Shown here piece after piece: positions 1-8,175 of a stretch of DNA of 28,230 nt. A program made the translations under genes and the position numbers. This DNA is from Acidaminococcaceae bacterium (GTDB taxonomy: Bacteria > Bacillota > Negativicutes > Acidaminococcales > Acidaminococcaceae): contig JAQUUF010000001.1 of NCBI GenBank assembly GCA_028693975.1, positions 1 to 28,230 of the forward strand, in the 5' to 3' direction. Under the pieces are notes generated by a model. The model searched no databases and had not been told where the DNA came from. It saw nothing but the letters and a program-made list of their open reading frames with translations. Each line of letters opens with the position of its first letter. Position 1 is the first letter of the stretch.

Positions 1-1
1 T

Positions 2-451
2 GGCAAGTTGATTCAGGGCAGTTCTTTTAGCGCAGGAGAGGTGGGCTATCAAAGAATTGATGGCGAGAGCACTTGGGAAGAGCAAGCTTCGGTTAGTGCT
101 TTGATAAAGAAAGTCGCTACGGCTAAACGGGTGCCGGTTGCTACCTTGGACGGCCGCCAGATTTTTCACTTGGCCAAGGCTGGCGATAAGGCGGTAGTGC
201 CAATTTTGCAAGACATGGTGGAGGCTTGGGCTGTAGGTATCGCCAATATCTGTTATATACTTAATCCAGATAGGGTGATTGTGGGCGGTGGTATTATGGC
301 TGAGCAAGCTTATTTAGAGCCTTTGTTGCGAGAAGCTTTAAAAGACAAACTAATTCCCTATGTGTATGACAAGACTCAAGTGGTTTTTAGCACTATGGGC
401 AGTAAAGCTATTTTAGCTGGGGCGCTGTATAATTTTTTGCAGAGGCATTAA
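2..451 (+). CDS. ROK family sugar kinase, 5'-truncated by window edge (BglK-like, no Cys-rich Zn motif in the visible part)
   Basis: Frame is open from base 2 (GKLIQGSSFSAGEVGY). ROK motifs AGEVGY, NPDRVIVGGGI and terminal AILAGA are present. TAA stop at 449-451. Confidence 0.85.
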   Translation, partial: GKLIQGSSFSAGEVGYQRIDGESTWEEQASVSALIKKVATAKRVPVATLDGRQIFHLAKAGDKAVVPILQDMVEAWAVGIANICYILNPDRVIVGGGIMAEQAYLEPLLREALKDKLIPYVYDKTQVVFSTMGSKAILAGALYNFLQRH

Positions 452-544
452 AGCATTAAAGAAATATTGTGTAGCGCAAAACAGCGTTTTTGCTATAGGG
501 TTGCTAGAGTATTCTGCAGTAGAAGTATGGGAGGTAAAAGGTTT

Positions 545-2023
545 ATGAAAAAGACATTGTTAGTGTTATGTTTATTATGTTTGATGTGGTCTGGAGGTGG
601 GGAGGCTGCGACTTTAACAGAAGCAACAGCTAAGCCTGTGACAACTACTGCTACAACTAAAACAGCTGAGGTGATATCTGCCTCGTCTACATCAACACAA
701 ACAACGGCGGAAACCAAGCAGGAGTTTAGATTGAAATATCGCCAAGCACGGATGATTGCTATGACTATGGCTGCCAGTAATGCTACTTATGAAGGTGGAA
801 TCAATACAGATGAATGGGCTTATATGCGTAAAAGAGGGTGGAAGTTTTTACCTTATGTGGGCACGGCCAATGGAGTAGAGTCACATTTTGTTATAGCGGC
901 TAATCACAGGAAGAATTATGCAATTCTGGCTTTTCGTGGTAGTCACAGTACCGCCGATTGGAAGCAAAATTTGACTTTGGGCCAAGTTAATTTTGGTGGG
1001 CACAGTCTAGCAGAGTTTCAAGCAATTGCTCAGGAGAAGGCGGGTCCTCCGACCACTCCTAAGATACATAGAGGGTTCAATAATTATGTTACTGCTGCCT
1101 TGGCTCTCCAAGAAGACATTGATGGTGACCACGTAGCAGATGATATTGTGAGCAAGTTAAAAGCTAAACCAAATTTCAAACTCTATATAACAGGTCATAG
1201 CCTTGGCGGTGCAGCAGCGATTATTTATGCAGAACGCTTAGTAGCTCTAGGGGTGAACAAAGAGCAGGTGCCTGTTATTAGCTTCGGGGCACCAGCTGTG
1301 GGCAATGAAGCGTTTATTAAGGAGTACGGTGATAAGATTAATTTGTTGCGGGTAGAGACTACAATGGACCCTATACCTTTCGGTCTTAAGCTGTGGGGTG
1401 GCAAATACCATCTTTTTGGCGAGGAATTTAAATTCCACGTGTCACGCAAATATACGGATAATTTCCACGATTCTGCTTTCTATATGGACTATGCCCTCCG
1501 CAACTATTATGATGTGCAGGACGAGGGTTTACGTTTAGGATATTTGTCTACATGGCCAACCAAAAAAGTTACGTTGGGAAGGCCACTGGTAGCTGTGGTT
1601 ATGCTTAATAATCCTAAGCAGACAAATGACCAGTATACTCCTGATATTCAAAGATTGGTTTTGGACGAATATCGTAGCTTTCTCCCTAGCTATGTAGTGC
1701 TTGATATTAAAGTAACTGCTGATACTTGGGAAGGAGCTAACTTACAACAATGTTTTGAGAAAGCAAAAGAGGCTGGAGCAGAATACTTGCTGCTAGCCGA
1801 TATCGGCAGAAAGAGAGTGGGTAAGTCTGCAAGCTGGTATGTTAAAATGAGCCAGACGGTGTTCCAGGTGTCGCAACGAAATGTAGTGTCAATGCAGACT
1901 TCAAGCGATAGGGTGAGACTGATGCATGGTGTTACTCAAGCAGCTTTGACTGATCTTAATAGTTGCCGTAAGGAGCTCCGAGAAAAATTGCCTTTTATTG
2001 AGTACAATGCGTATATAGAATGA
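545..2023 (+). CDS. Secreted lipase class 3 (alpha/beta hydrolase) with Thr-rich linker and an additional C-terminal domain
   Basis: SD GGGAGGT at 529-535 precedes ATG 545. N-terminus MKKTLLVLCLLCLMW is signal-peptide-like. Motifs AFRGS, IHRGF, nucleophile elbow GHSLGG (Ser codon 1199-1201), DPIP (Asp) and FHD (candidate His). Confidence 0.8.
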   Translation: MKKTLLVLCLLCLMWSGGGEAATLTEATAKPVTTTATTKTAEVISASSTSTQTTAETKQEFRLKYRQARMIAMTMAASNATYEGGINTDEWAYMRKRGWKFLPYVGTANGVESHFVIAANHRKNYAILAFRGSHSTADWKQNLTLGQVNFGGHSLAEFQAIAQEKAGPPTTPKIHRGFNNYVTAALALQEDIDGDHVADDIVSKLKAKPNFKLYITGHSLGGAAAIIYAERLVALGVNKEQVPVISFGAPAVGNEAFIKEYGDKINLLRVETTMDPIPFGLKLWGGKYHLFGEEFKFHVSRKYTDNFHDSAFYMDYALRNYYDVQDEGLRLGYLSTWPTKKVTLGRPLVAVVMLNNPKQTNDQYTPDIQRLVLDEYRSFLPSYVVLDIKVTADTWEGANLQQCFEKAKEAGAEYLLLADIGRKRVGKSASWYVKMSQTVFQVSQRNVVSMQTSSDRVRLMHGVTQAALTDLNSCRKELREKLPFIEYNAYIE

Positions 2024-2026
2024 TAA

Positions 2027-2066
2027 AAAAGCAGGTACAAGTTAATTTAAACTTGTACCTGCTTTT
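2027..2066. terminator. Bidirectional intrinsic terminator between convergent lipase and DUF1858 genes
   Basis: Perfect 17-bp inverted repeat AAAAGCAGGTACAAGTT (2027-2043) / AACTTGTACCTGCTTTT (2050-2066), with A and T tails on both sides. Confidence 0.9.
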
Positions 2067-2081
2067 ACTTTGTGTAGTTAA

Positions 2082-2282
2082 CTATTCGCCAATCTTTTTG
2101 TTGAGGTCAGCTATCAAAGCATCAACGTCCAAACCATGAGCTTGAGCTCCCTGACCAATGGTCTCAAAATGAGCAGCCATGCAACCTACACAGCCCAAAC
2201 CATACTCTTGGAAAACTTCCAAAATTTCTGGATGTTCTTGTACGGCATCAATGATGCCGGAGTCTTTGGTAATCTTTGCCAT
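2082..2282 (-). CDS. DUF1858 small protein (CxxC, hybrid-cluster-associated redox disulfide domain type)
   Basis: MAKITKDSGIIDAVQEHPEILEVFQEYGLGCVGC...ETIGQGAQAHGLDVDALIADLN matches the family pattern. SD GGAGGA (complement of 2291-2296) lies 8 nt before ATG. Confidence 0.85.
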   Translation of the reverse strand: MAKITKDSGIIDAVQEHPEILEVFQEYGLGCVGCMAAHFETIGQGAQAHGLDVDALIADLNKKIGE

Positions 2283-2332
2283 TATCAATTTCCTCCACTT
2301 ATTTTTATTTAATACTAACTTCCTAGGGATTA

Positions 2333-2341
2333 ATTATAACA
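2333..2341 (-). promoter_or_regulatory. Extended -10 promoter (TGtTATAAT) for DUF1858
   Basis: Reverse complement of 2333-2341 reads TGTTATAAT. No clear -35. Confidence 0.5.
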
Positions 2342-2397
2342 CACTTTAACGAAAATAAAAAATATTTTGTTTTTCTTCTTAATTATAGATAAAATCC

Positions 2398-2426
2398 TTG
2401 TTTTTTACTAAATATAAGTTTATAAT
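2398..2426 (+). promoter_or_regulatory. Sigma-A promoter of the dcw operon
   Basis: TTGTTT (2398-2403), 17-bp spacer, TATAAT (2421-2426). Confidence 0.7.
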
Positions 2427-2450
2427 GGGGAAAAGTGGTGAAAAGTGGAG
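2425..2450 (+). promoter_or_regulatory. MraZ operator: three direct repeats at 10-bp period
   Basis: ATGGGG-aaaa-GTGGTG-aaaa-GTGGAG immediately downstream of the -10. Matches known MraZ repeats (TGGGN in E. coli, GTGG[A/T]G in B. subtilis). Confidence 0.85.
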
Positions 2451-2473
2451 AAATAGAGGTAGGTGTAGTTGGC

Positions 2474-2905
2474 ATGTTAATGGGTGAATTTCAACATAAA
2501 ATTGATGCAAAAGGGCGACTTTTTATGCCAGCGAAACTACGTGAAGGACTAGGATCTGACTTTATCATTACCAAAGGTTTGGATAAATGTTTGTCTGTTT
2601 ATTCCCAGACAGAGTGGGAGAAGCTTTTGGCAAAATTTGCTGCGGCTCCCAAGTCCAAGCAAAGTGTGAGACAAGTATCCAGATTCTTATTTGGTAATGC
2701 TTGCCAAGCAGAAGTAGATAAGCAAGGAAGAATATTGTTGCCGGCTGCTCTGCGTGAGCACGCTGGGTTGAATAAAGAAGTCGTTATCGTCGGCGTTGGC
2801 ACTACTGCTGAAATCTGGGATAGTGAGGCTTGGCATGATTACAACGCTGAAGTAAGCAAAGATGTTACCGACATAGTAGAACAGTTGGTGGACTTGGGCA
2901 TTTAA
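2474..2905 (+). CDS. mraZ: Transcriptional regulator MraZ
   Basis: MLMGEFQHKIDAKGRL...VDKQGRI, two AbrB-like repeats, 143 aa from ATG 2474. The ORF-track GTG at 2435 lies inside the operator. Confidence 0.97.
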   Translation: MLMGEFQHKIDAKGRLFMPAKLREGLGSDFIITKGLDKCLSVYSQTEWEKLLAKFAAAPKSKQSVRQVSRFLFGNACQAEVDKQGRILLPAALREHAGLNKEVVIVGVGTTAEIWDSEAWHDYNAEVSKDVTDIVEQLVDLGI

Positions 2906-2929
2906 AACTTTTACGGACAGGTGATAAAA

Positions 2930-3859
2930 ATGGAATTTGTTCATAAGAGCGTGATGCTGACTGAAAGCATTGACTGGATGATAACTGATCGGGACGGTAC
3001 ATATATGGACTGTACAATGGGGGGAGCTGGACACTCACTTGCTTTTGCTCAGCTCCTTGCACCCACTGCGACATTGATTGGCATAGATCAAGATGCTGAT
3101 GCTATTGCTGCTGCTACTGACAAGCTACAGGCGGCACCTTGCCAAGTACAAATACGCCGAGCCAATTTTAAAAATTTTGACCAGGTGCTGGATGAACTGG
3201 GCATTGAAAAGTTAACAGGCATCTTTTTTGATTTAGGAGTATCTTCCTACCAGTTAGATACACCTGAGAGAGGCTTTTCTTATATGCATGATGGGCCACT
3301 GGATATGAGAATGGATAAAAGGCAAAAGTTGGATGCAGCCTATGTGGTCAATCATTACAAAGAAGAAGCTTTGGCCGATGTTATTTATCGTTATGGTGAA
3401 GAGCGCTGGAGCAAGAGAATTGCGCAGTTTATCGTAGCCGCCCGACAGGAAAAACAGTTGGTTACCACTGGAGAATTGGTAGATGTTATAAAAAAAGCAA
3501 TTCCTAAGGGAGCCAGGCAGAATGGTCCTCATCCAGCTAAGCGTACTTTTCAGGCATTGCGTATTGAAGTTAATAGTGAATTAAGTATTTTAGCCGACGT
3601 TGTTACCAGAGCTGTAGATAGATTGGCAATAGGTGGACGTATCGGTGTTATAACCTTCCATTCGTTGGAGGACAGAATTGTGAAACAAACTTTGGCCCAA
3701 CTAGCCAAAGGCTGCATTTGTCCACCAGAATTACCGGTGTGCGTTTGCGGCAAAAAACCTAAAATCAAGAAGGCTATTTCCATTAAGCCTTCCGCTGAAG
3801 AAGTAGAAAAAAATCCGCGCTCTCGCAGTGCAAGATTACGAGGCGGCATCAGAATATAA
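2930..3859 (+). CDS. rsmH: 16S rRNA m4C1402 methyltransferase
   Basis: DCTMGGAGHS, DLGVSSYQLD, FQALRIEVN and NPRSRSARLR motifs. SD AGGTGA precedes ATG 2930. Confidence 0.97.
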   Translation: MEFVHKSVMLTESIDWMITDRDGTYMDCTMGGAGHSLAFAQLLAPTATLIGIDQDADAIAAATDKLQAAPCQVQIRRANFKNFDQVLDELGIEKLTGIFFDLGVSSYQLDTPERGFSYMHDGPLDMRMDKRQKLDAAYVVNHYKEEALADVIYRYGEERWSKRIAQFIVAARQEKQLVTTGELVDVIKKAIPKGARQNGPHPAKRTFQALRIEVNSELSILADVVTRAVDRLAIGGRIGVITFHSLEDRIVKQTLAQLAKGCICPPELPVCVCGKKPKIKKAISIKPSAEEVEKNPRSRSARLRGGIRI

Positions 3860-3876
3860 TGGAAGGGGGAACTGAA

Positions 3877-4284
3877 GTGCTGGCAAGGAAATATGATTAT
3901 TACGAAGCATGGGAAGAGGAAAGAGTATTCAGCAAAAATAAAAGAAAGATTGCTGTTGAAAATAAAAAAGAAGCGAGTACAACTAATGCCAGAACAGTTT
4001 TTGTGGTCGTTGCTGTGGGGATTGCCTGCTATTTGTGTGGCGTAGTACTTGGTTCGGCCTATTTTAGAGGTTGCAATGCTTTGGTAGCCCTGAAGATTCA
4101 AGAAGAAGACCTGTTGGCTAAGAACGAGGCCTTGCAGATAGATGTAGACAAACTAAGAAATCCCGCGAGAATTACTGACATCGCCTCTAGACAATTGGGG
4201 ATGAGTACTGCCCGCAACAATATATATGTACAGGCCGACAGCAATAAAATTGCTTACGATGGCTATGCTTACGCTAAAAAATAG
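3877..4284 (+). CDS. ftsL: Cell division protein FtsL-like
   Basis: Position after rsmH. Charged N-terminus, one TM segment, then a coiled-coil (LLAKNEALQIDVDKLRNPARITDIASRQLGM). GTG start after SD GGAAGGGGG. Confidence 0.8.
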   Translation: MLARKYDYYEAWEEERVFSKNKRKIAVENKKEASTTNARTVFVVVAVGIACYLCGVVLGSAYFRGCNALVALKIQEEDLLAKNEALQIDVDKLRNPARITDIASRQLGMSTARNNIYVQADSNKIAYDGYAYAKK

Positions 4285-4312
4285 AGGCAGCCACTTTTGG
4301 CTGCCTTTTTTT
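4285..4312 (+). terminator. Intrinsic terminator inside the dcw cluster (ftsL/murE junction)
   Basis: AGGCAGCCA (4285-4293), CTTT loop, TGGCTGCCT (4298-4306), running into a 7-T tract (4306-4312). Confidence 0.8.
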
Positions 4313-4323
4313 GGAGGGGAATC

Positions 4324-5805
4324 ATGGAAAAACAACTAACAGAATTACTGAAATTAATACCTAAGGCTAAGGTAAGAGGCACTACAGATAAGCTACTTAC
4401 TGACTTAACCACAGATTCGAGAACTGTGGTTGCTGGCAGCTTGTTTATTTGTGTCAAGGGAGTTCATGTAGACGGTCACAAATATATTGACAAGGCCTAT
4501 GCTGCCGGAGCCCGTTGCGTTATCGTGGAAGAGAATGTTAAAGTCCCGGATGATATGACGGTGATTAAGGTGCCAGACGCTCACGCAGCTATGATAGCTA
4601 TTGCTCCTTGGTTCTATGACTATCCGGGCAAAAAAATGCGTATGTTGGGAATTACGGGTACTAATGGCAAGACTACTACAACCAATATTGTGAGACTGAT
4701 TTTACGTAAGGCCGGTTTTAAAGTGGGATTAATTGGTACTATTAACATTATGATAGAAGATGAGATAGAGATATCTCACAATACTACACCTGATGTAGTG
4801 GATCTGCAAAAAATACTCTATCGTATGGAGCAGGCAGGATGCCAGTACGTAGTCATGGAGGTTTCTTCTCATGCGTTAGCCCTCAATAGAGTGGCTGGTT
4901 GTGAGTATGATGTGGCCGCGCTGACGAATATTACACAAGACCATTTGGATTTCCATGGTACATTTGAGAATTATCGTGAAGCTAAGGCCTTGCTTTTTAC
5001 GCATTTGCACGAAGGTGAAAAAACAAATAAATGTGCTATTTTTAACATGGATGACTATAGTTCGGCCATTATCAAAGCTAGGACCAAGACGCCGATTATC
5101 ACCTATGGTAAAACTCCAAGTAATGATATATATCCGTTAGATTTTGAAGTGGCTGCCAAGCATATGCATCTGAAACTACATACACCGGTAGGCGAAATGG
5201 ATATGCTGCTGCATATTACCGGTGAATTTAATGTCTATAATGTAATGACAGCTGTGGCTGTTTGCTTAGCAGAAAAAATTAGTAAAGATATTATTGTCAG
5301 TGTGCTTGACGGTTTCACTGGTGTTCCTGGTCGGTTCCAATTAGTGGAAGCAGGGCAACCATACACGGTTATCGTTGATTATGCTCATACTCCGGACGGA
5401 TTAGATAATGTTCTCAAAACAGCTAGGGAAATAACCAAAGGCAAATTGTGGGCAGTATTTGGTTGCGGTGGAGATAGAGATAACAAGAAGAGACCAATAA
5501 TGGGACGTATAGCCTTGGAGCTGGCTGATAATTTGGTGGTTACTTCAGATAATCCTCGCAGTGAAGATCCAGAGCTAATTATTAAGGATATAGAAAAAGG
5601 TCTGGCCGGTGCGCCTAGTCAAAAGCAAATTGTAAAAATAACAGATAGGCATGAAGCTATTGAGTTCGCTATGGAACATGCAGCTGCCGACGATGTTATT
5701 TTAATTGCGGGCAAGGGACATGAGAATTACCAGATATTAAAAGATAAAACCATTCATTTTGATGATTGTGAAGTAGTCCGCGACTACTGGAAGGATAGAA
5801 AATAA
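4324..5805 (+). CDS. murE: UDP-MurNAc-dipeptide--meso-DAP ligase
   Basis: GTNGKTTT, MEVSSHAL, VDYAHTPDG, DNPR (mDAP specificity motif) and AGKGHE. SD GGAGGGG precedes ATG 4324. Confidence 0.97.
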   Translation: MEKQLTELLKLIPKAKVRGTTDKLLTDLTTDSRTVVAGSLFICVKGVHVDGHKYIDKAYAAGARCVIVEENVKVPDDMTVIKVPDAHAAMIAIAPWFYDYPGKKMRMLGITGTNGKTTTTNIVRLILRKAGFKVGLIGTINIMIEDEIEISHNTTPDVVDLQKILYRMEQAGCQYVVMEVSSHALALNRVAGCEYDVAALTNITQDHLDFHGTFENYREAKALLFTHLHEGEKTNKCAIFNMDDYSSAIIKARTKTPIITYGKTPSNDIYPLDFEVAAKHMHLKLHTPVGEMDMLLHITGEFNVYNVMTAVAVCLAEKISKDIIVSVLDGFTGVPGRFQLVEAGQPYTVIVDYAHTPDGLDNVLKTAREITKGKLWAVFGCGGDRDNKKRPIMGRIALELADNLVVTSDNPRSEDPELIIKDIEKGLAGAPSQKQIVKITDRHEAIEFAMEHAAADDVILIAGKGHENYQILKDKTIHFDDCEVVRDYWKDRK

Positions 5806-5807
5806 TT

Positions 5808-7172
5808 ATGTTTACCTTGAGCCAAGTGCTTGCTGCCACAGCAGGACAGACACAATTACAGGGAGAAATAGCCTTTACCGGTATAACCACAGATTCTCGC
5901 AATGTTAAACCGGGGGAGTTATTTGTGGCTCTCCAAGGAGAGAAGTTCGATGGACATGCTTATTGTGCCAGGGCTTTGGCGCAGGGAGCGGTAGCAGTTT
6001 TGGTGTCTGCAATAGCACCGGGGTATACAGCGAAAGCAATTGTGGTAAAGGATACGCTCTGGGCTTATCAACAAATTGCTAAGGCCTATCGTTTGGCTCA
6101 TAAAAACATTAAGGTTGTGGCTATTACCGGTTCCAATGGTAAAACTTCAACCAAAGATTTGATTGCTGCTTGTCTGGAGAAAAAATACAAGGTTATCAAA
6201 ACGCAGGCTAATTTCAACAATGAGATTGGCTTACCCAAGACACTGCTCAGCATTCAAGAAGATACAGAGATAGCTGTAGTGGAGATGGGTATGCGAGGAT
6301 TTGGGCAAATCAAAGCTTTGAAGGATTTGGCTCAGCCGGATATTGTGGTTATAACCAACGTAGGAGAGACTCATATGGAGCTTTTGGGCAGTATGGCTAA
6401 TATAGCCAAGGCTAAAAGTGAAATATTGGAGAATTTGACAGCAAATAACATCGCAGTACTTAATGGCGATGATTTTTATATTGCTAAGATGAAAACTGCT
6501 GCAAAGACTGTAACATATGGTATAATAAAGGACAATGTTGTCCAAGGTGGTAATATCAATGTGACCGGTCAGGGCACTACTTTTTCCTATGTTAATAGAA
6601 TTAATGGCAAGAATTTTACTGTTCAGATGCCCCTAGTGGGGGAGCACAACGTAATGAATGCTTTGGCAGCTATCAGTGTGGCTGAGGTTTTACAAGTCCC
6701 GGACCAAACTATTGTAGAAGCATTAGCTCATGCTCACTTGACGGAAAAGCGTCAAGAGGTTAAGCGTTATGGTACAGTGACTGCCATTAATGATGCCTAT
6801 AATGCTTCCCCTGCTTCTATGACTAGTGCCTTGAAAACTCTGCAACAATTGGCTTTGAGTAAGAATTCCGGGCGCGAAGTAGCGGTGCTGGCAGATATGC
6901 TGGAATTGGGTGCAATCTCTAAAGAAGCGCATACCAAAGTAGGACAACAGGCAGCGCACTATGGTGTGAAGTTGCTTCTAACCTATGGTCAAGAGGCACG
7001 TTATATTTATGAAGCGGCTAGGGGATTGGGCGTCGAAGCCTATTATCTCAATAATAAAGAAGAAGCGGCCGTTTGCCTGCGTCAACACCTTGAGGAAGGG
7101 GACACTATATTGTTCAAAGGGTCTCATTCTATGGAAGTTGATCGTGTGCTGGAATTGGCTTTGGGAAAATAA
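5808..7172 (+). CDS. murF: UDP-MurNAc-tripeptide--D-Ala-D-Ala ligase
   Basis: GSNGKTSTKD, NNEIGLP, VEMGM, NDAYNASP, MLELG and KGSHS motifs. Confidence 0.97.
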   Translation: MFTLSQVLAATAGQTQLQGEIAFTGITTDSRNVKPGELFVALQGEKFDGHAYCARALAQGAVAVLVSAIAPGYTAKAIVVKDTLWAYQQIAKAYRLAHKNIKVVAITGSNGKTSTKDLIAACLEKKYKVIKTQANFNNEIGLPKTLLSIQEDTEIAVVEMGMRGFGQIKALKDLAQPDIVVITNVGETHMELLGSMANIAKAKSEILENLTANNIAVLNGDDFYIAKMKTAAKTVTYGIIKDNVVQGGNINVTGQGTTFSYVNRINGKNFTVQMPLVGEHNVMNALAAISVAEVLQVPDQTIVEALAHAHLTEKRQEVKRYGTVTAINDAYNASPASMTSALKTLQQLALSKNSGREVAVLADMLELGAISKEAHTKVGQQAAHYGVKLLLTYGQEARYIYEAARGLGVEAYYLNNKEEAAVCLRQHLEEGDTILFKGSHSMEVDRVLELALGK

Positions 7173-7199
7173 TTTTGAAGTGAAGAAAGAAGTGAAAGA

Positions 7200-8162
7200 A
7201 TGATTTTGCATGGTTTGTGGGCGTTGCTTACGGCTTTTGCTATTTGTGCAGTAGTTGGACCTTGGCTGATACCGGAACTGCATAAACTGCATTTTGGGCA
7301 AAGCATTAGGGGTTGTGGTCCTAAAGAGCATCAAAAAAAGAGCGGCACTCCGACTATGGGCGGCTTGATGATGATTGCCGCTATTGTAATTAGTACTTTT
7401 GTCTGGTGTGAAATAACGCCTGCTTTAGCCATAGCTTTGTGGCTTTTGGTGGGGCACGGAGTTATTGGATTCATAGATGACTTTATTAAGGTAGTACTTA
7501 AACGTAATTTAGGGTTGACGACCAAACAAAAATTGTTGTTACAAATAATAGTGGCTGTAGTGTATATGCTCTATCCAGGAGATGTTGGAGAGAGTCATAT
7601 GCTGTGGATTCCCGGATCTAGTCTGCAAATCGATCTGGGAATTTGGCATTATTTGTTGATTTTAATTTTGTTGGTAGGAACTACTAATGCGGTTAATTTG
7701 ACTGATGGTTTAGATGGACTGGTGTCATGGGTGACGGTGCCTGTTTCGTTGGCGTTTGCTTTCATTGCTCATACTGTTGGGCAAGATGGCCTATTTATCA
7801 TGGCATTGGCTATCACGGGAAGTTGTTTGGGATTTTTGCTTTTCAACCATTATCCAGCTAAGGTTTTTATGGGAGATACAGGTTCTTTGGCTTTAGGTGG
7901 AGGTATCGCAGCACTGGCTTTATTGACCAAGACAGAGTTACTACTGGTGATTATCGGTGGTGTTTATGTCTTAGAGGCCTTGTCGGTTATTATCCAAGTT
8001 ACATATTTTAAGCTTAGTGGTGGTAAAAGAATTTTTCGCATGAGTCCACTGCACCATCATTTTGAATTGGGTGGATGGCGTGAAAATAAAGTTGTTTTTA
8101 TTTTTACTTTGGTTAGTATAATTTTTTCTTTGTTGGGAGTTATTTTATTTTTGCTAAAGTGA
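7200..8162 (+). CDS. mraY: Phospho-N-acetylmuramoyl-pentapeptide transferase
   Basis: KSGTPTMGG, GFIDD, NAVNLTDGLDG, FMGDTGS and PLHHHFE motifs. Multi-TM protein. Confidence 0.97.
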   Translation: MILHGLWALLTAFAICAVVGPWLIPELHKLHFGQSIRGCGPKEHQKKSGTPTMGGLMMIAAIVISTFVWCEITPALAIALWLLVGHGVIGFIDDFIKVVLKRNLGLTTKQKLLLQIIVAVVYMLYPGDVGESHMLWIPGSSLQIDLGIWHYLLILILLVGTTNAVNLTDGLDGLVSWVTVPVSLAFAFIAHTVGQDGLFIMALAITGSCLGFLLFNHYPAKVFMGDTGSLALGGGIAALALLTKTELLLVIIGGVYVLEALSVIIQVTYFKLSGGKRIFRMSPLHHHFELGGWRENKVVFIFTLVSIIFSLLGVILFLLK

Positions 8163-8175
8163 GGAAGTGTGTGTT

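Noticed and set aside
472-495. Weak inverted repeat after the ROK gene
   Set aside because: AT-rich, bulged and without a following U-tract. Not supportable as a terminator or operator.
467-544. N-terminal extensions in the ORF track (lipase 467, mraZ 2435, rsmH 2921, ftsL 3859, murE 4297, murD 8167, DUF881 13732, lrgA 19223, rpsU 23894, ppk2 26750)
   Set aside because: Downstream starts have properly spaced SD sequences and match family N-termini. The extensions overlap operators, terminators or RBSs.
3550-4101. 183-aa antisense ORF and the other minus-strand or overlapping ORFs of 60-145 aa in the track
   Set aside because: They lie opposite or within well-conserved genes and have no RBS or recognisable motifs. 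They are consistent with shadow ORFs.
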